A DNA stretch of 59,021 nucleotides from a virus (lineage: Duplodnaviria > Caudoviricetes). Where the stretch lies: positions 1 to 59,021 of the IMG/VR virus record IMGVR_UViG_3300006329_000017. One strand, 5' to 3'. Position numbers and translations under genes: made by a program. Below, in pieces: positions 1 to 8,236 of the stretch (position 1 is its first letter; each line of letters begins with the position of its first letter). Below the pieces are notes generated by a model. It saw only the letters and a list, made by a program, of their open reading frames with translations. It was not told the origin of the DNA and did not search any database.

Positions 1-130
1 AACATCTCTGCCTGAGACCCGACTGGTAAGTCGATTCACCTTTCGGTGCAGCACCACCTGTGTCTCATCACCTTAACCAGCTATATGCCAGTAAGTTTAT
101 TCAGTCACACCCAATGTGCTGATCAGGCAC
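1..130 (-). ncRNA. manA-type structured RNA of cyanophages (runs off the window's left edge)
   Basis: Non-coding, hairpin-rich minus-strand sequence (GGTGTGACTGAATAAACTTACTGGC...GAGACACAGGTGGTGCTGCACCGAAAGGTG...CGACTTACCAGTCG GGTCTC) directly behind a sigma70 promoter. It resembles the manA RNA motif as I recall it; no Rfam search run. Confidence 0.6.
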
Positions 131-136
131 AAAGTT

Positions 137-165
137 ATTATGGCATGAAAAAAGGAGGGTGTCAA
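137..165 (-). promoter_or_regulatory. sigma70-type promoter TTGACA-N17-CATAAT
   Basis: -35 at 165-160, -10 at 142-137, 17-bp spacer. Confidence 0.75.
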
Positions 166-174
166 CCCCTCCTT
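148..174 (-). terminator. Rho-independent terminator after the DUF4278 peptide gene
   Basis: AAGGAGGGG-TTGAC-ACCCTCC-TTTTTT hairpin plus U-run. Confidence 0.8.
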
Positions 175-180
175 GTAATC

Positions 181-300
181 TTACTTCTTCTCAACCTTGA
201 TTCCTCTATAGACTAGAGGTTGCTGATTAGATTGTTTTGCATCCTGATTAGGACGATTGTTGGTGTCGTAAGAAACACCTCTGTATGTGACTTGTGCCAT
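181..300 (-). CDS. DUF4278-type 'downstream peptide', 39 aa (below ORF-track cutoff)
   Basis: MAQVTYRGVSYDTNNRPNQDAKQSNQQPLVYRGIKVEKK; two YRG motifs; AAGGT RBS; sits behind a glutamine-type riboswitch. Confidence 0.85.
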   Translation of the reverse strand: MAQVTYRGVSYDTNNRPNQDAKQSNQQPLVYRGIKVEKK

Positions 301-329
301 TTTGGTTACCTTAGGTAGGGTTGATTAGA

Positions 330-511
330 CCCGTTCCTTCAGTCGGCATTTGCGTCACTATCTTCCACACATCCCTTTAGAAAGACCTCAACGAGTTCTT
401 CCTTTTGTTCGTTAGTTAAATCCCTATTAGTTCTGACACCCTCTGCTAACCAGAGTGCATCAGTACAAGCAAGAGCTGTAGCTAGAATGATGGGGTACAT
501 AGTGATGAACG
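330..511 (-). promoter_or_regulatory. Glutamine-riboswitch-family aptamer 2 (glnA/Downstream-peptide type) with a 137-nt P2 loop
   Basis: P1 CGTTC/GAACG; P2 TCACTAT(505-499)/ATAGTGA(361-355); core CGCAAATGCCGACTGAAGGAACGGG. Confidence 0.75.
339..500 (-). CDS. 53-aa small protein nested inside riboswitch aptamer 2
   Basis: MYPIILATALACTDALWLAEGVRTNRDLTNEQKEELVEVFLKGCVEDSDANAD; 162-nt open frame; hydrophobic N-terminus. Confidence 0.7.
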   Translation of the reverse strand: MYPIILATALACTDALWLAEGVRTNRDLTNEQKEELVEVFLKGCVEDSDANAD

Positions 512-513
512 AT

Positions 514-561
514 CCGTTCCGTGTCGGCTTACTTGCGTCTTGATCTGTATCAAGATGAACG
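514..561 (-). promoter_or_regulatory. Glutamine-riboswitch-family aptamer 1
   Basis: CGTTCA-TCTTGAT-ACAG-ATCAAGA-CGCAAGTAAGCCGACACGGAACGG; P1 CGTTC/GAACG and a perfect 7-bp P2. Confidence 0.8.
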
Positions 562-586
562 TAATGTCATGATAGCATGACAAAAC

Positions 587-594
587 TATTTATG
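587..594 (-). promoter_or_regulatory. T4-type late promoter (CATAAATA) upstream of the riboswitch
   Basis: Match to the TATAAATA consensus, followed by a TGTCATG-CTAT-CATGACA hairpin (582-565). Confidence 0.6.
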
Positions 595-609
595 CAAGTT
601 TACATTCTC

Positions 610-759
610 TTAATTCTGTTCGGTAAACCCATCGGACGTGTACGTCTGAGATCCCTGCGTAAAGCACGGAGGAAACTCAAGTGGTCCATAATACCACGAT
701 GAGGGTCTCTCAGCGAGCCAATCACCTTGTTCTCTTGGTAAGAATGTTTCTTCTTCCAT
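610..759 (-). CDS. Hypothetical protein, 49 aa
   Basis: AAGGAG RBS before the ATG at 759 (MEEETFLPREQGDWLAE...); the longer track start overlaps nrdB. Confidence 0.55.
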   Translation of the reverse strand: MEEETFLPREQGDWLAERPSSWYYGPLEFPPCFTQGSQTYTSDGFTEQN

Positions 760-802
760 GGTCTCCTTGTCAATAACTTTGCTCCTAAACCAGTTGGTTA
801 AG

Positions 803-1939
803 TTAGAGCTCAAAGTTTGCAAACGTGTCTTCATTAACATTTTGTTTGATACCTCCGACAACATAAGACTCAATCTCGGTCTCCTGTGGTGCATTCTGCT
901 GACCTTTGCTATTTAGCCAGTGATTTGTCCACGGTAACGGATTGTTCTTAGCTGAGATATCAAACTCTGGTTTAAGTCCTATGGCTTTCATTCTACGATT
1001 AGCAATCCACTCTATGTACTGACATAATAGTCTGTCATTGAGTCCAATCATAGATCCTTTTTCGAAAAGGTATCTTGCCCAATCTTTTTCTTCATCAACT
1101 GCTTTGAGGAACATCTCTCTGACGTTTTCCTCCTCCTCTTTGGCGATCTGTATCATCTCTGGATCGTCACCCTTCTTCCACTTGTGGATTATCTTTTGAG
1201 TAAGGATAAGATGCTGACTTTCGTCTCGTGCGATGAGAGAGATAATCTTAGCGGATCCCTCCATAAGTTTGAGTTCACCAAACGCAAAACTGCAAGCGAA
1301 CGAGACGTAGAATCTAATACCTTCGAGAATGTTAACATTGATTACTGCTCGATAAAGTCTTCTTTTAATGTCATGAAGAGTCCAAGTTGCTGTGGGGGAT
1401 TGTTTGTATCCATCCTTCCACATGTTACCTACCGCCCATTCTTGTGCTGTATCGATGAAGTCATCGTATGCTGCGGTAACACTTTGTGCTCTCTTTATTA
1501 TTTTATCGTCGTCCAAGGTTGTGTCAAGCACTTCACTTGGATCAGCGTAAACATTTTTAATAATATGGGTGTAAGATCTGGAGTGAATACCCTCCATGAA
1601 CTCCCATATACTCATAGCACCTTCCAACTCAGGTAAAGAACAGTATGGTTTAAATGCCATACCTGGTCCTCTTCCTTGCACAGAGTCTAATAGGATCTGA
1701 TACTTGAGGTTACTTGTATATATGTGTTTCTGTTGTTCGTTTAACGTTTTGTAATCTGCTCTGTCCTTCTGTAGTGAAACCTCCTCAGGTCTCCAGAAGT
1801 AACCTAGTTGTGATTGTGACAAGCGTTCGAAGTCAGGATACTTATAATCAATGTATTGTTGCATTCCTAAAGGTGCACCAAAGAACATTGGTTGTTTCTT
1901 TGTGTCAATCTTCTGTGCATTAAAGACTGTTGTACCCAT
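803..1939 (-). CDS. nrdB: Ribonucleotide reductase class Ia beta subunit
   Basis: FWRPEEV, LDSVQGR, EGIHSRSY, EGIRFYVSF, RDESQH, APQETEI motifs. Confidence 0.98.
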   Translation of the reverse strand: MGTTVFNAQKIDTKKQPMFFGAPLGMQQYIDYKYPDFERLSQSQLGYFWRPEEVSLQKDRADYKTLNEQQKHIYTSNLKYQILLDSVQGRGPGMAFKPYCSLPELEGAMSIWEFMEGIHSRSYTHIIKNVYADPSEVLDTTLDDDKIIKRAQSVTAAYDDFIDTAQEWAVGNMWKDGYKQSPTATWTLHDIKRRLYRAVINVNILEGIRFYVSFACSFAFGELKLMEGSAKIISLIARDESQHLILTQKIIHKWKKGDDPEMIQIAKEEEENVREMFLKAVDEEKDWARYLFEKGSMIGLNDRLLCQYIEWIANRRMKAIGLKPEFDISAKNNPLPWTNHWLNSKGQQNAPQETEIESYVVGGIKQNVNEDTFANFEL

Positions 1940-2638
1940 CTAACCTCCTATGAAACCTGTTGCCACTTTCCATAATCCCTTGAGTGAAGTAAGTAGTGGA
2001 TACTTATCACGGGTTTGTATCTCGTCAAACAAATACATGTTGAGTCTAAATGCGTAGTTCGCTTCAGTGATCATAGCATTCTTTTGACTCTCGTCAAGTG
2101 GTAGTTCATCTAAAGCAGCACGATACTCTGTCTTAAATGCTTTAGCATCCTCTATGTAAGGAAACTCATAGAAGTTTAGACCTGCTCCCTTGGGAGGTTT
2201 TAATGCCTTCTCTGCTATGTTCTTTAATATCTGACCACCTGATAGGTCACCAATATATCTAGTGTAATGATGTGCTACAAGAAGATAAGGATCATTCTGT
2301 GCAACCTCATTAAGTCTATGGATATATGTCTTACATGCTTCAGACTCACCTTTATATACATCATTCCTCCACATAGGACCATAGAAATATCTAAGATCCT
2401 GCTCAAGAAATGCAGTACGATTTAGTTTTACCTGATACTTCTTAAGAATAGAAGCAATAGGATCTTCTGTAGCCTTTATCAGTTCTTCCATCGTACTATA
2501 GACATAGAAGAAGTTAGTTATTAGTTTCTTATACTCTTCTTCATCTACCACACCTCGGAGGAAAGCACCAACAAACTTAGTATTTTCTGCTGCCGAGTGG
2601 GACTTCTTAGTCCCTGCCTTTAGTTCTGCACTAAACAT
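1940..2638 (-). CDS. ho1: Heme oxygenase (cyanobacterial Ho1 type)
   Basis: LKAGTKKSHSAAE, LLVAHHYTRYIGDLSGGQIL, EANYAFRLN; ATG at 2638 overlaps the nrdA stop. Confidence 0.95.
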   Translation of the reverse strand: MFSAELKAGTKKSHSAAENTKFVGAFLRGVVDEEEYKKLITNFFYVYSTMEELIKATEDPIASILKKYQVKLNRTAFLEQDLRYFYGPMWRNDVYKGESEACKTYIHRLNEVAQNDPYLLVAHHYTRYIGDLSGGQILKNIAEKALKPPKGAGLNFYEFPYIEDAKAFKTEYRAALDELPLDESQKNAMITEANYAFRLNMYLFDEIQTRDKYPLLTSLKGLWKVATGFIGG

Positions 2639-4967
2639 TACATGCCTCACATTCTGATTCATCACCAGATAATATTTCATTCACGAGATTATTTAGATAC
2701 ATACCCTCGTTGTCCTCATGTGGTTGTTCATCCTTCCATCCGATTGGATGTGCAGGTTCATCAACATCCTTCTTAGCATCATATGTATTCTGATAGTAAG
2801 AAGTTTTCCATCCTAATTTATAGGTAGTCAAGAAGTCTCTTGCCATCACATCCATAGGAACTTCATTGTCAGGATAGTTCTCTGGATTGTATGACCAGTT
2901 ACCACTTATTGCTTGATCAAAGAACTTCTGCATCACTGCTACGACATTGATGTAACCCTCGTTAGATGGCATATCCCATAGTAATGTGTAGTTATTCTTT
3001 AGTGATTGATAAGACGGAACAATCTGCTTAAGCGGTCCTTTCTTTGATTTTTTAATGGACAAGTAGTCTCTAGGTGGTTCGATTCCATTGGTTGCATTTG
3101 ACACAACGGAACTGCTCTCCGAAGGCATCTGTGCGGACAATGTGCTGTGCCTGAGACCGTGGGTGGTGATAGATGTCCTAAGACTATCCCAATCATGCTT
3201 GAGGTTATGAGGTACTATAGAATCTACATCTCTCTTATATGTATCGATAGGTAGTATTCCATCAGCATATTTTGTGTCATCAAATCCTGCACATCTTCCT
3301 CTCTCCTGAGCAAGTTGGTTAGATGCTTTCAGTAGATAGTATTGGAATGATTCTGTTAGGTCATGAACCAACTGCCATGCAGCAGGGTCATCATACTTGA
3401 CACCATTCTTAGCAAGATAATGTGCTAAACCAATGTATCCTATACCCAATGACCTGCGTGCTATTGTGCTGCGTTCTGCTGCCTTTACAGGATAGTTTTG
3501 ATAGTCTATTAGTTCTTCTAGTCCACGAACAGCAAGGTCACAGAGTTCATCCATCTGATCTGTGTTTGTTATCTTACCTACGTTGATAGCAGATAGAATA
3601 CAGAGTGCAATCTCTCCTCCTTCATCATCTATATGATTGATAGGGTCAGTAGGTAGAGTAATCTCTTGACATAGGTTACTCATGTTAACTTTATCCTTAA
3701 AGGATGAGTGCTCATTACAATGATCGATATTCATAATGTATATACGACCTGTCTCTGCCCTCTCCTTGAGGATGTCAAGCATTAATTCTTTTGCTTTAAC
3801 TGTAATTCTGGGGATGGATTCGTCCCTTTCGTAACTGCAATATAGGTCATCAAACCTATCGGTCCCAAAACTCTCATACAAGTTAGGACAATTATGGGGA
3901 GAAAAAAGCGAGATTTCCTGATTCCTGATAAACCTTTCATAGAATAACTTACTGATCTGAATACTATAATCTAACTTTCTGACTCTGTTGTCTTCTGTTC
4001 CTTTGTTGTTCTTGAGGACGATGATGTCTTGGATTTCCTGATGCCAGATAGGAAAGTGGACAGTAGCTGATCCTCCTCGGACACCGTTTTGCGTACAGCA
4101 TCTGACAGTTGACTCAAATTTTTTAAGGAAGGGGACCACACCTGTGTGCTGAACTTCTCCACCCCTGATTTTAGAATTGATTCCCCTGATTCTACCTGCG
4201 TTAATACCGATACCAGCCCTCTGTGCGACATATTTGCCAATAGCCATATCACTGCTAAAGATACTATCGAGGGTGTCATCAATATCAACCAGAACACAAG
4301 ATGCAAATTGACGAATGGGTGTTCTGACTCCAGCCATGACGGGGGTTGGGATGTTGATTCTGTGCTTGCTGATTGCGTTGTAGTACCGTTTGACATAATC
4401 GATTCTTGATTCGATGGGATAATTTTGGAAGAGAGTAGCAGCAATTAACATGTACATCTGCTGTGGTGTCTCAAACACCTCACCAGTACTGCGATCTTGT
4501 ACTAGATATTTATCTACGACCTGTCGTAGACCTGCATATGTGAACAGATAATCTCTGTCCCAATCAATAAAGTCATGAAGTTCTGACCATTCCTCTTCCG
4601 AATACTGTTTGATAAGGTCAGGATCATACACACCCTTGTCAATACACTCCTTAATATGCTCTATAAGAGGTGGAGGATTGTCTGGATGTCCTTTATATAC
4701 AGATTTTCTATAAGAAAATAGAAGTAAACGAGCAGCAACGTACTGATAGTTAGGTTGCTCTAATGTAATCAAATCATTTGCAGATTTGATAAGGATCTCT
4801 TGTATGTCAGATGTCATTATATTCTCATAGAATTGCAAATTAGAGTTCATCTCTATTGCTGATTCAGATACACCTGCGAGTCCATCACATGCGAACTCCA
4901 CCATGCGGTGAAGTTTGTCGAGGTTAAGGGGTTCGACTACACCGTTACGCTTTACTACGCTGATCAT
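2631..4967 (-). CDS. nrdA: Ribonucleotide reductase class Ia alpha subunit
   Basis: N-terminal ATP cone (VVKRNG), QFASCVL, SNLCQEI, MPSESSS, C-terminal CEAC. Confidence 0.98.
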   Translation of the reverse strand: MISVVKRNGVVEPLNLDKLHRMVEFACDGLAGVSESAIEMNSNLQFYENIMTSDIQEILIKSANDLITLEQPNYQYVAARLLLFSYRKSVYKGHPDNPPPLIEHIKECIDKGVYDPDLIKQYSEEEWSELHDFIDWDRDYLFTYAGLRQVVDKYLVQDRSTGEVFETPQQMYMLIAATLFQNYPIESRIDYVKRYYNAISKHRINIPTPVMAGVRTPIRQFASCVLVDIDDTLDSIFSSDMAIGKYVAQRAGIGINAGRIRGINSKIRGGEVQHTGVVPFLKKFESTVRCCTQNGVRGGSATVHFPIWHQEIQDIIVLKNNKGTEDNRVRKLDYSIQISKLFYERFIRNQEISLFSPHNCPNLYESFGTDRFDDLYCSYERDESIPRITVKAKELMLDILKERAETGRIYIMNIDHCNEHSSFKDKVNMSNLCQEITLPTDPINHIDDEGGEIALCILSAINVGKITNTDQMDELCDLAVRGLEELIDYQNYPVKAAERSTIARRSLGIGYIGLAHYLAKNGVKYDDPAAWQLVHDLTESFQYYLLKASNQLAQERGRCAGFDDTKYADGILPIDTYKRDVDSIVPHNLKHDWDSLRTSITTHGLRHSTLSAQMPSESSSVVSNATNGIEPPRDYLSIKKSKKGPLKQIVPSYQSLKNNYTLLWDMPSNEGYINVVAVMQKFFDQAISGNWSYNPENYPDNEVPMDVMARDFLTTYKLGWKTSYYQNTYDAKKDVDEPAHPIGWKDEQPHEDNEGMYLNNLVNEILSGDESECEACNV

Positions 4968-5950
4968 ACTCGTTTCCAGTCTGTGAATTTTAATTTTGCT
5001 TCCAATCCATTATATGTGTTGGATAATATTATAGCAGAAGGGTCAAGTCCTGCCAACACCATATCATTGATGTCTTTCTGTTCGACATTCTTTGGCCAGA
5101 TCACTATATTATCCTGCTTGCTAATGGATTTTTCCATTCGCTCAATGATCTGTTTGTTTCTTGGTTCGTTGTCATATACATAGACAAACTCATAATCCCA
5201 AGCACTAAGGTCAACATCGGCACCGCACATAGCGATAGCATTGTCCACAAAGAGGGAGTCCAAGGGTCCTTCTGTAACATAAACTTTTTCATTTTGGTTG
5301 ATAGTATCAAGTCCAAAGACCTTTTGATGATCATCGAACATTATTGTAATGTATCGTAACGTTGTATGCTTTGCCAAAGATCTACCCTGAATGCCAAACC
5401 ATGTACCATCTGCACGAACGAGTGGGATAATAATTCTGGGTTGATCATTGTGGAGACTATCAAACGTTTTCTTCTGTGTGTTGACCCAAGTCTTAAACTT
5501 CTCAGCATAGAATAGTCTTGAGAGTTGACTCTCTGGAACCTTCCTATCGAGAAGATATTTCTTTGCAGGGTGTTCTTTATTTAGATCAGAAATACATTTG
5601 AGATCGTGTGGTTTTTTAAACTTTGGTGTACTGTCAGGGATAGTAAATTTCTCTACCGTTGTACCCTTACCAGTAGAGTTCATACGATACTTTTCTAACT
5701 GATATTCACTATACAAATCAGGAGCAAAGTCTTTCAGAAAGTTCGCAGTAGTCTTCCCAACACCACAGTTGTGGCATTTGTATACCATACGTCCTTTGAC
5801 CAGAAAAAAATACCCCCGAGCCTTGTTCTTATTCTTCTTGGAATCTCCACAGAAGGGGCAACGGAAGTTGTATAGTGAGTTCTTAACTCGTTTAAATTTT
5901 TCTAATCGAATGGATAACCTATTAATATAGAGGTCATCAACTGTACTCAT
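4964..5950 (-). CDS. gp61: DNA primase
   Basis: Zn ribbon CPFCGD...CHNC; TOPRIM motifs EGPLD and YDNEPRN; KDINDM. Confidence 0.95.
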   Translation of the reverse strand: MSTVDDLYINRLSIRLEKFKRVKNSLYNFRCPFCGDSKKNKNKARGYFFLVKGRMVYKCHNCGVGKTTANFLKDFAPDLYSEYQLEKYRMNSTGKGTTVEKFTIPDSTPKFKKPHDLKCISDLNKEHPAKKYLLDRKVPESQLSRLFYAEKFKTWVNTQKKTFDSLHNDQPRIIIPLVRADGTWFGIQGRSLAKHTTLRYITIMFDDHQKVFGLDTINQNEKVYVTEGPLDSLFVDNAIAMCGADVDLSAWDYEFVYVYDNEPRNKQIIERMEKSISKQDNIVIWPKNVEQKDINDMVLAGLDPSAIILSNTYNGLEAKLKFTDWKRV

Positions 5951-6341
5951 TAATTGTGCTAGTGGGTATTGATATCATAGTACTTTCTGCTCCACTTGTC
6001 AAGAGTGGACGGATTATTCTCTGTCCGACTGGACTAACGAGGAAAGATAGAAGAGAAAGAGCACCAAAGATACTCCACATTTTCTTTTCCATCGTCCTAA
6101 GACGGTCATCGACTTTACGGATGTCTCTTTCACAACCACGTTTGATTGAGTCTGTTTCTCTGTTGAGGTCTGCATGTAACCTATCTACCTTCTCGAATAA
6201 TACCTGATCTATCTTATCTTGCTTATCTAACTTCTCATTATGAACTGCCAGTAGTTGACCCATCTTCACGGAGTTATCCTGTAATGATGATACTACTTTT
6301 TCTAATCTTTCTAGTATAGCTGTGTTTATATTCTGGTCCAT
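5937..6341 (-). CDS. Coiled-coil protein with a C-terminal transmembrane helix
   Basis: Heptad-rich N-terminus; MWSIFGALSLLSFLVSP hydrophobic segment. Confidence 0.75.
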   Translation of the reverse strand: MDQNINTAILERLEKVVSSLQDNSVKMGQLLAVHNEKLDKQDKIDQVLFEKVDRLHADLNRETDSIKRGCERDIRKVDDRLRTMEKKMWSIFGALSLLSFLVSPVGQRIIRPLLTSGAESTMISIPTSTINEYS

Positions 6342-6342
6342 C

Positions 6343-6756
6343 CTACTGGTTCTTTAACGCTTTCATCCTTAGGTCGTAGTAAAATTTGATCACCTGATTG
6401 GGATACAAACGTTTCACATATATCTTTTTATGATTCTCAGGTCTGTAGATCTTCCTGAGTTGTATCTTAATGTCTGCTTCGGACTTACCATAGAGTACAT
6501 ACTCTTGTGCACCGTCATAACATACTTTAAAAGGCAGGTACCTGTCATTCTCCTTCTCAGATTTAGGAGTGACGTGTCCTACCACAAGTCCTTCATTACA
6601 CTTACTCTTATACTTACGCTTCTTCCTCAGTCTAGGTTTCTTTTCGCTGTTCGAACCTAGCATTGGATCAAAACCTGCCACAGGACCACTAGCATTGGCA
6701 GATCCAGAGAATCCACCAGTACCTGCACTCATTGTTGGGGCATCTTCGTTAATCAC
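6343..6756 (-). CDS. Hypothetical protein with a gp23 N-arm-like N-terminus
   Basis: GTG start overlapping the upstream stop; residues 2-33 match gp23 residues 50-81. Confidence 0.8.
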   Translation of the reverse strand: MINEDAPTMSAGTGGFSGSANASGPVAGFDPMLGSNSEKKPRLRKKRKYKSKCNEGLVVGHVTPKSEKENDRYLPFKVCYDGAQEYVLYGKSEADIKIQLRKIYRPENHKKIYVKRLYPNQVIKFYYDLRMKALKNQ

Positions 6757-7127
6757 AATTTCCTTAGTGTGTCGTAGATAGTTTCATCAAGTGGTACATC
6801 TTCTAGTACTCCTTCATTACCATCTTCGGGATACCTGCTGAGGTATATCAAAAATGTTTTGACAGAGGAGTAGTATTCCCTCTCAAGTTTGTACATTAAT
6901 AAAGGTAGGGTACCTTCACCAAATACATTAAACAAAACTATTAAGTGATTCAGAATCAGTGTGGTACGCAGTACTCCTGTCTTTAGATAACGCTTAAGCA
7001 ACCTCTTAAGGTACTTAAACTTTTTCATATCTTCCAGAAAGTCATCCACAGTCACAGACTGTGGATTCTCGTAGTACTTGATTGCGAACATCAAATGATT
7101 CTTCTCATCTAGATGATCAAATCGCAT
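6753..7127 (-). CDS. Conserved T4-like hypothetical protein
   Basis: FAIKYYENP...DMKKFKYLKRLL...LILNHLIVLFNVFG, a recurrent marine T4-like family; late promoter CTAAATA at 7150-7156. Confidence 0.8.
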   Translation of the reverse strand: MRFDHLDEKNHLMFAIKYYENPQSVTVDDFLEDMKKFKYLKRLLKRYLKTGVLRTTLILNHLIVLFNVFGEGTLPLLMYKLEREYYSSVKTFLIYLSRYPEDGNEGVLEDVPLDETIYDTLRKL

Positions 7128-7152
7128 TACTTATAATATGGTTCGGTTTTAT

Positions 7153-7977
7153 TTAGCTACCGAAGGTTAGAGTAGCAGCTCCGTTGGTGTACTTCTGTTC
7201 AGCACCTTTACTTGTGTTAAGAACACAACGATACTTGTAACCGTTAAGTGTAGTACCACCGAGACTACTGTATGCAAGTGTTGCAGTAGTGAAGTCAGCG
7301 TATGTGATACCAGTGTCAAGGTTAGCAGTGATGTCCACCCAACGTGTAGTAGCTGTAGCTGTCTGTCTTTGCCACTTGTACTGCTTTGTACCAGACTGAT
7401 CGACTGTGAAGGCAGCAACGAATGTTCCTGCACCAGAAGATGAGGTGGAGTTAGCAGGTTGTGTACCAACTGTGATAGTTTCTAGTACATCTGCTGCGAT
7501 TGTATCGTCATCAAGATCACCAGAAGTTCCAACTGCAACTTTAAGAGGTACGATGCACTCAGCTTTATGCTTGGTGTCACCATTGTGTGTTTGGTATGTA
7601 CGATACTGCCACCATCCTGGACCTGAGATACCACGAGTCTTGTTAGATGCGATGCTATCTTCAGTTGTATCTACAAATACCAATTCGTAGGAGTTAGAGT
7701 CTCCTCCAAGTATAACGTACTCAGCCACTGCCTTTGGCGGTGTCCTTTTGATTACACTAGCAGCAGCAACAGTTGCTGTACTACCTGCATATACTTTATG
7801 CAATTCGATAGATGTTGTACTTGTTACTTGCTTAACGATATAAGCAACGCTACTAATCTCTAGCACGTCGCCTACTACTACGCTATCTCCCGCATTCTTA
7901 GACACAGTAGCATCACCATTGGTGACTCCAATTGTGTTAGAGAATGCAGCTGCGTCAATTTTTCCTACGACAGACAT
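7153..7977 (-). CDS. Virion structural protein with C-terminal Ig-like domain (possible head decoration)
   Basis: Thr/Ser/Ala-rich; Ig signature QP...YKWQ...YRCV...ATLT; TATAAATA at 8014-8021. Confidence 0.7.
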   Translation of the reverse strand: MSVVGKIDAAAFSNTIGVTNGDATVSKNAGDSVVVGDVLEISSVAYIVKQVTSTTSIELHKVYAGSTATVAAASVIKRTPPKAVAEYVILGGDSNSYELVFVDTTEDSIASNKTRGISGPGWWQYRTYQTHNGDTKHKAECIVPLKVAVGTSGDLDDDTIAADVLETITVGTQPANSTSSSGAGTFVAAFTVDQSGTKQYKWQRQTATATTRWVDITANLDTGITYADFTTATLAYSSLGGTTLNGYKYRCVLNTSKGAEQKYTNGAATLTFGS

Positions 7978-8013
7978 TGTAATTCCTCTTAAAGTTGTTG
8001 GTATCCTATTATT

Positions 8014-8021
8014 TATTTATA
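8014..8021 (-). promoter_or_regulatory. T4 late promoter TATAAATA
   Basis: Exact consensus ~36 nt upstream of the 7977 start. Confidence 0.8.
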
Positions 8022-8023
8022 AT

Positions 8024-8218
8024 TTATCGAGCCTTGATTGCCTTTGAGACTTGCTCAAACAACCTGTCATCAGCATCAGTCTTAGTAAGTTTGACTGCTT
8101 TGCCTATGATCTTAAGGCAGATATCTATTAATTTCTCTCCGAGCTCTGCGTCATCGGGGATCTTATCTACTGCATCTGATATGATTTTTGATGCGATTGG
8201 AAGTAAAAAACCTAACAT
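8024..8218 (-). CDS. Hypothetical amphipathic protein, 64 aa
   Basis: ORF track; fits operon packing. Confidence 0.7.
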   Translation of the reverse strand: MLGFLLPIASKIISDAVDKIPDDAELGEKLIDICLKIIGKAVKLTKTDADDRLFEQVSKAIKAR

Positions 8219-8236
8219 GATAATAACTATAGTTAA

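Noticed and set aside
760-894. Extended 94-aa version of the ORF ending at 610
   Set aside because: Overlaps the nrdB 3' end; a strong RBS supports the ATG at 759.
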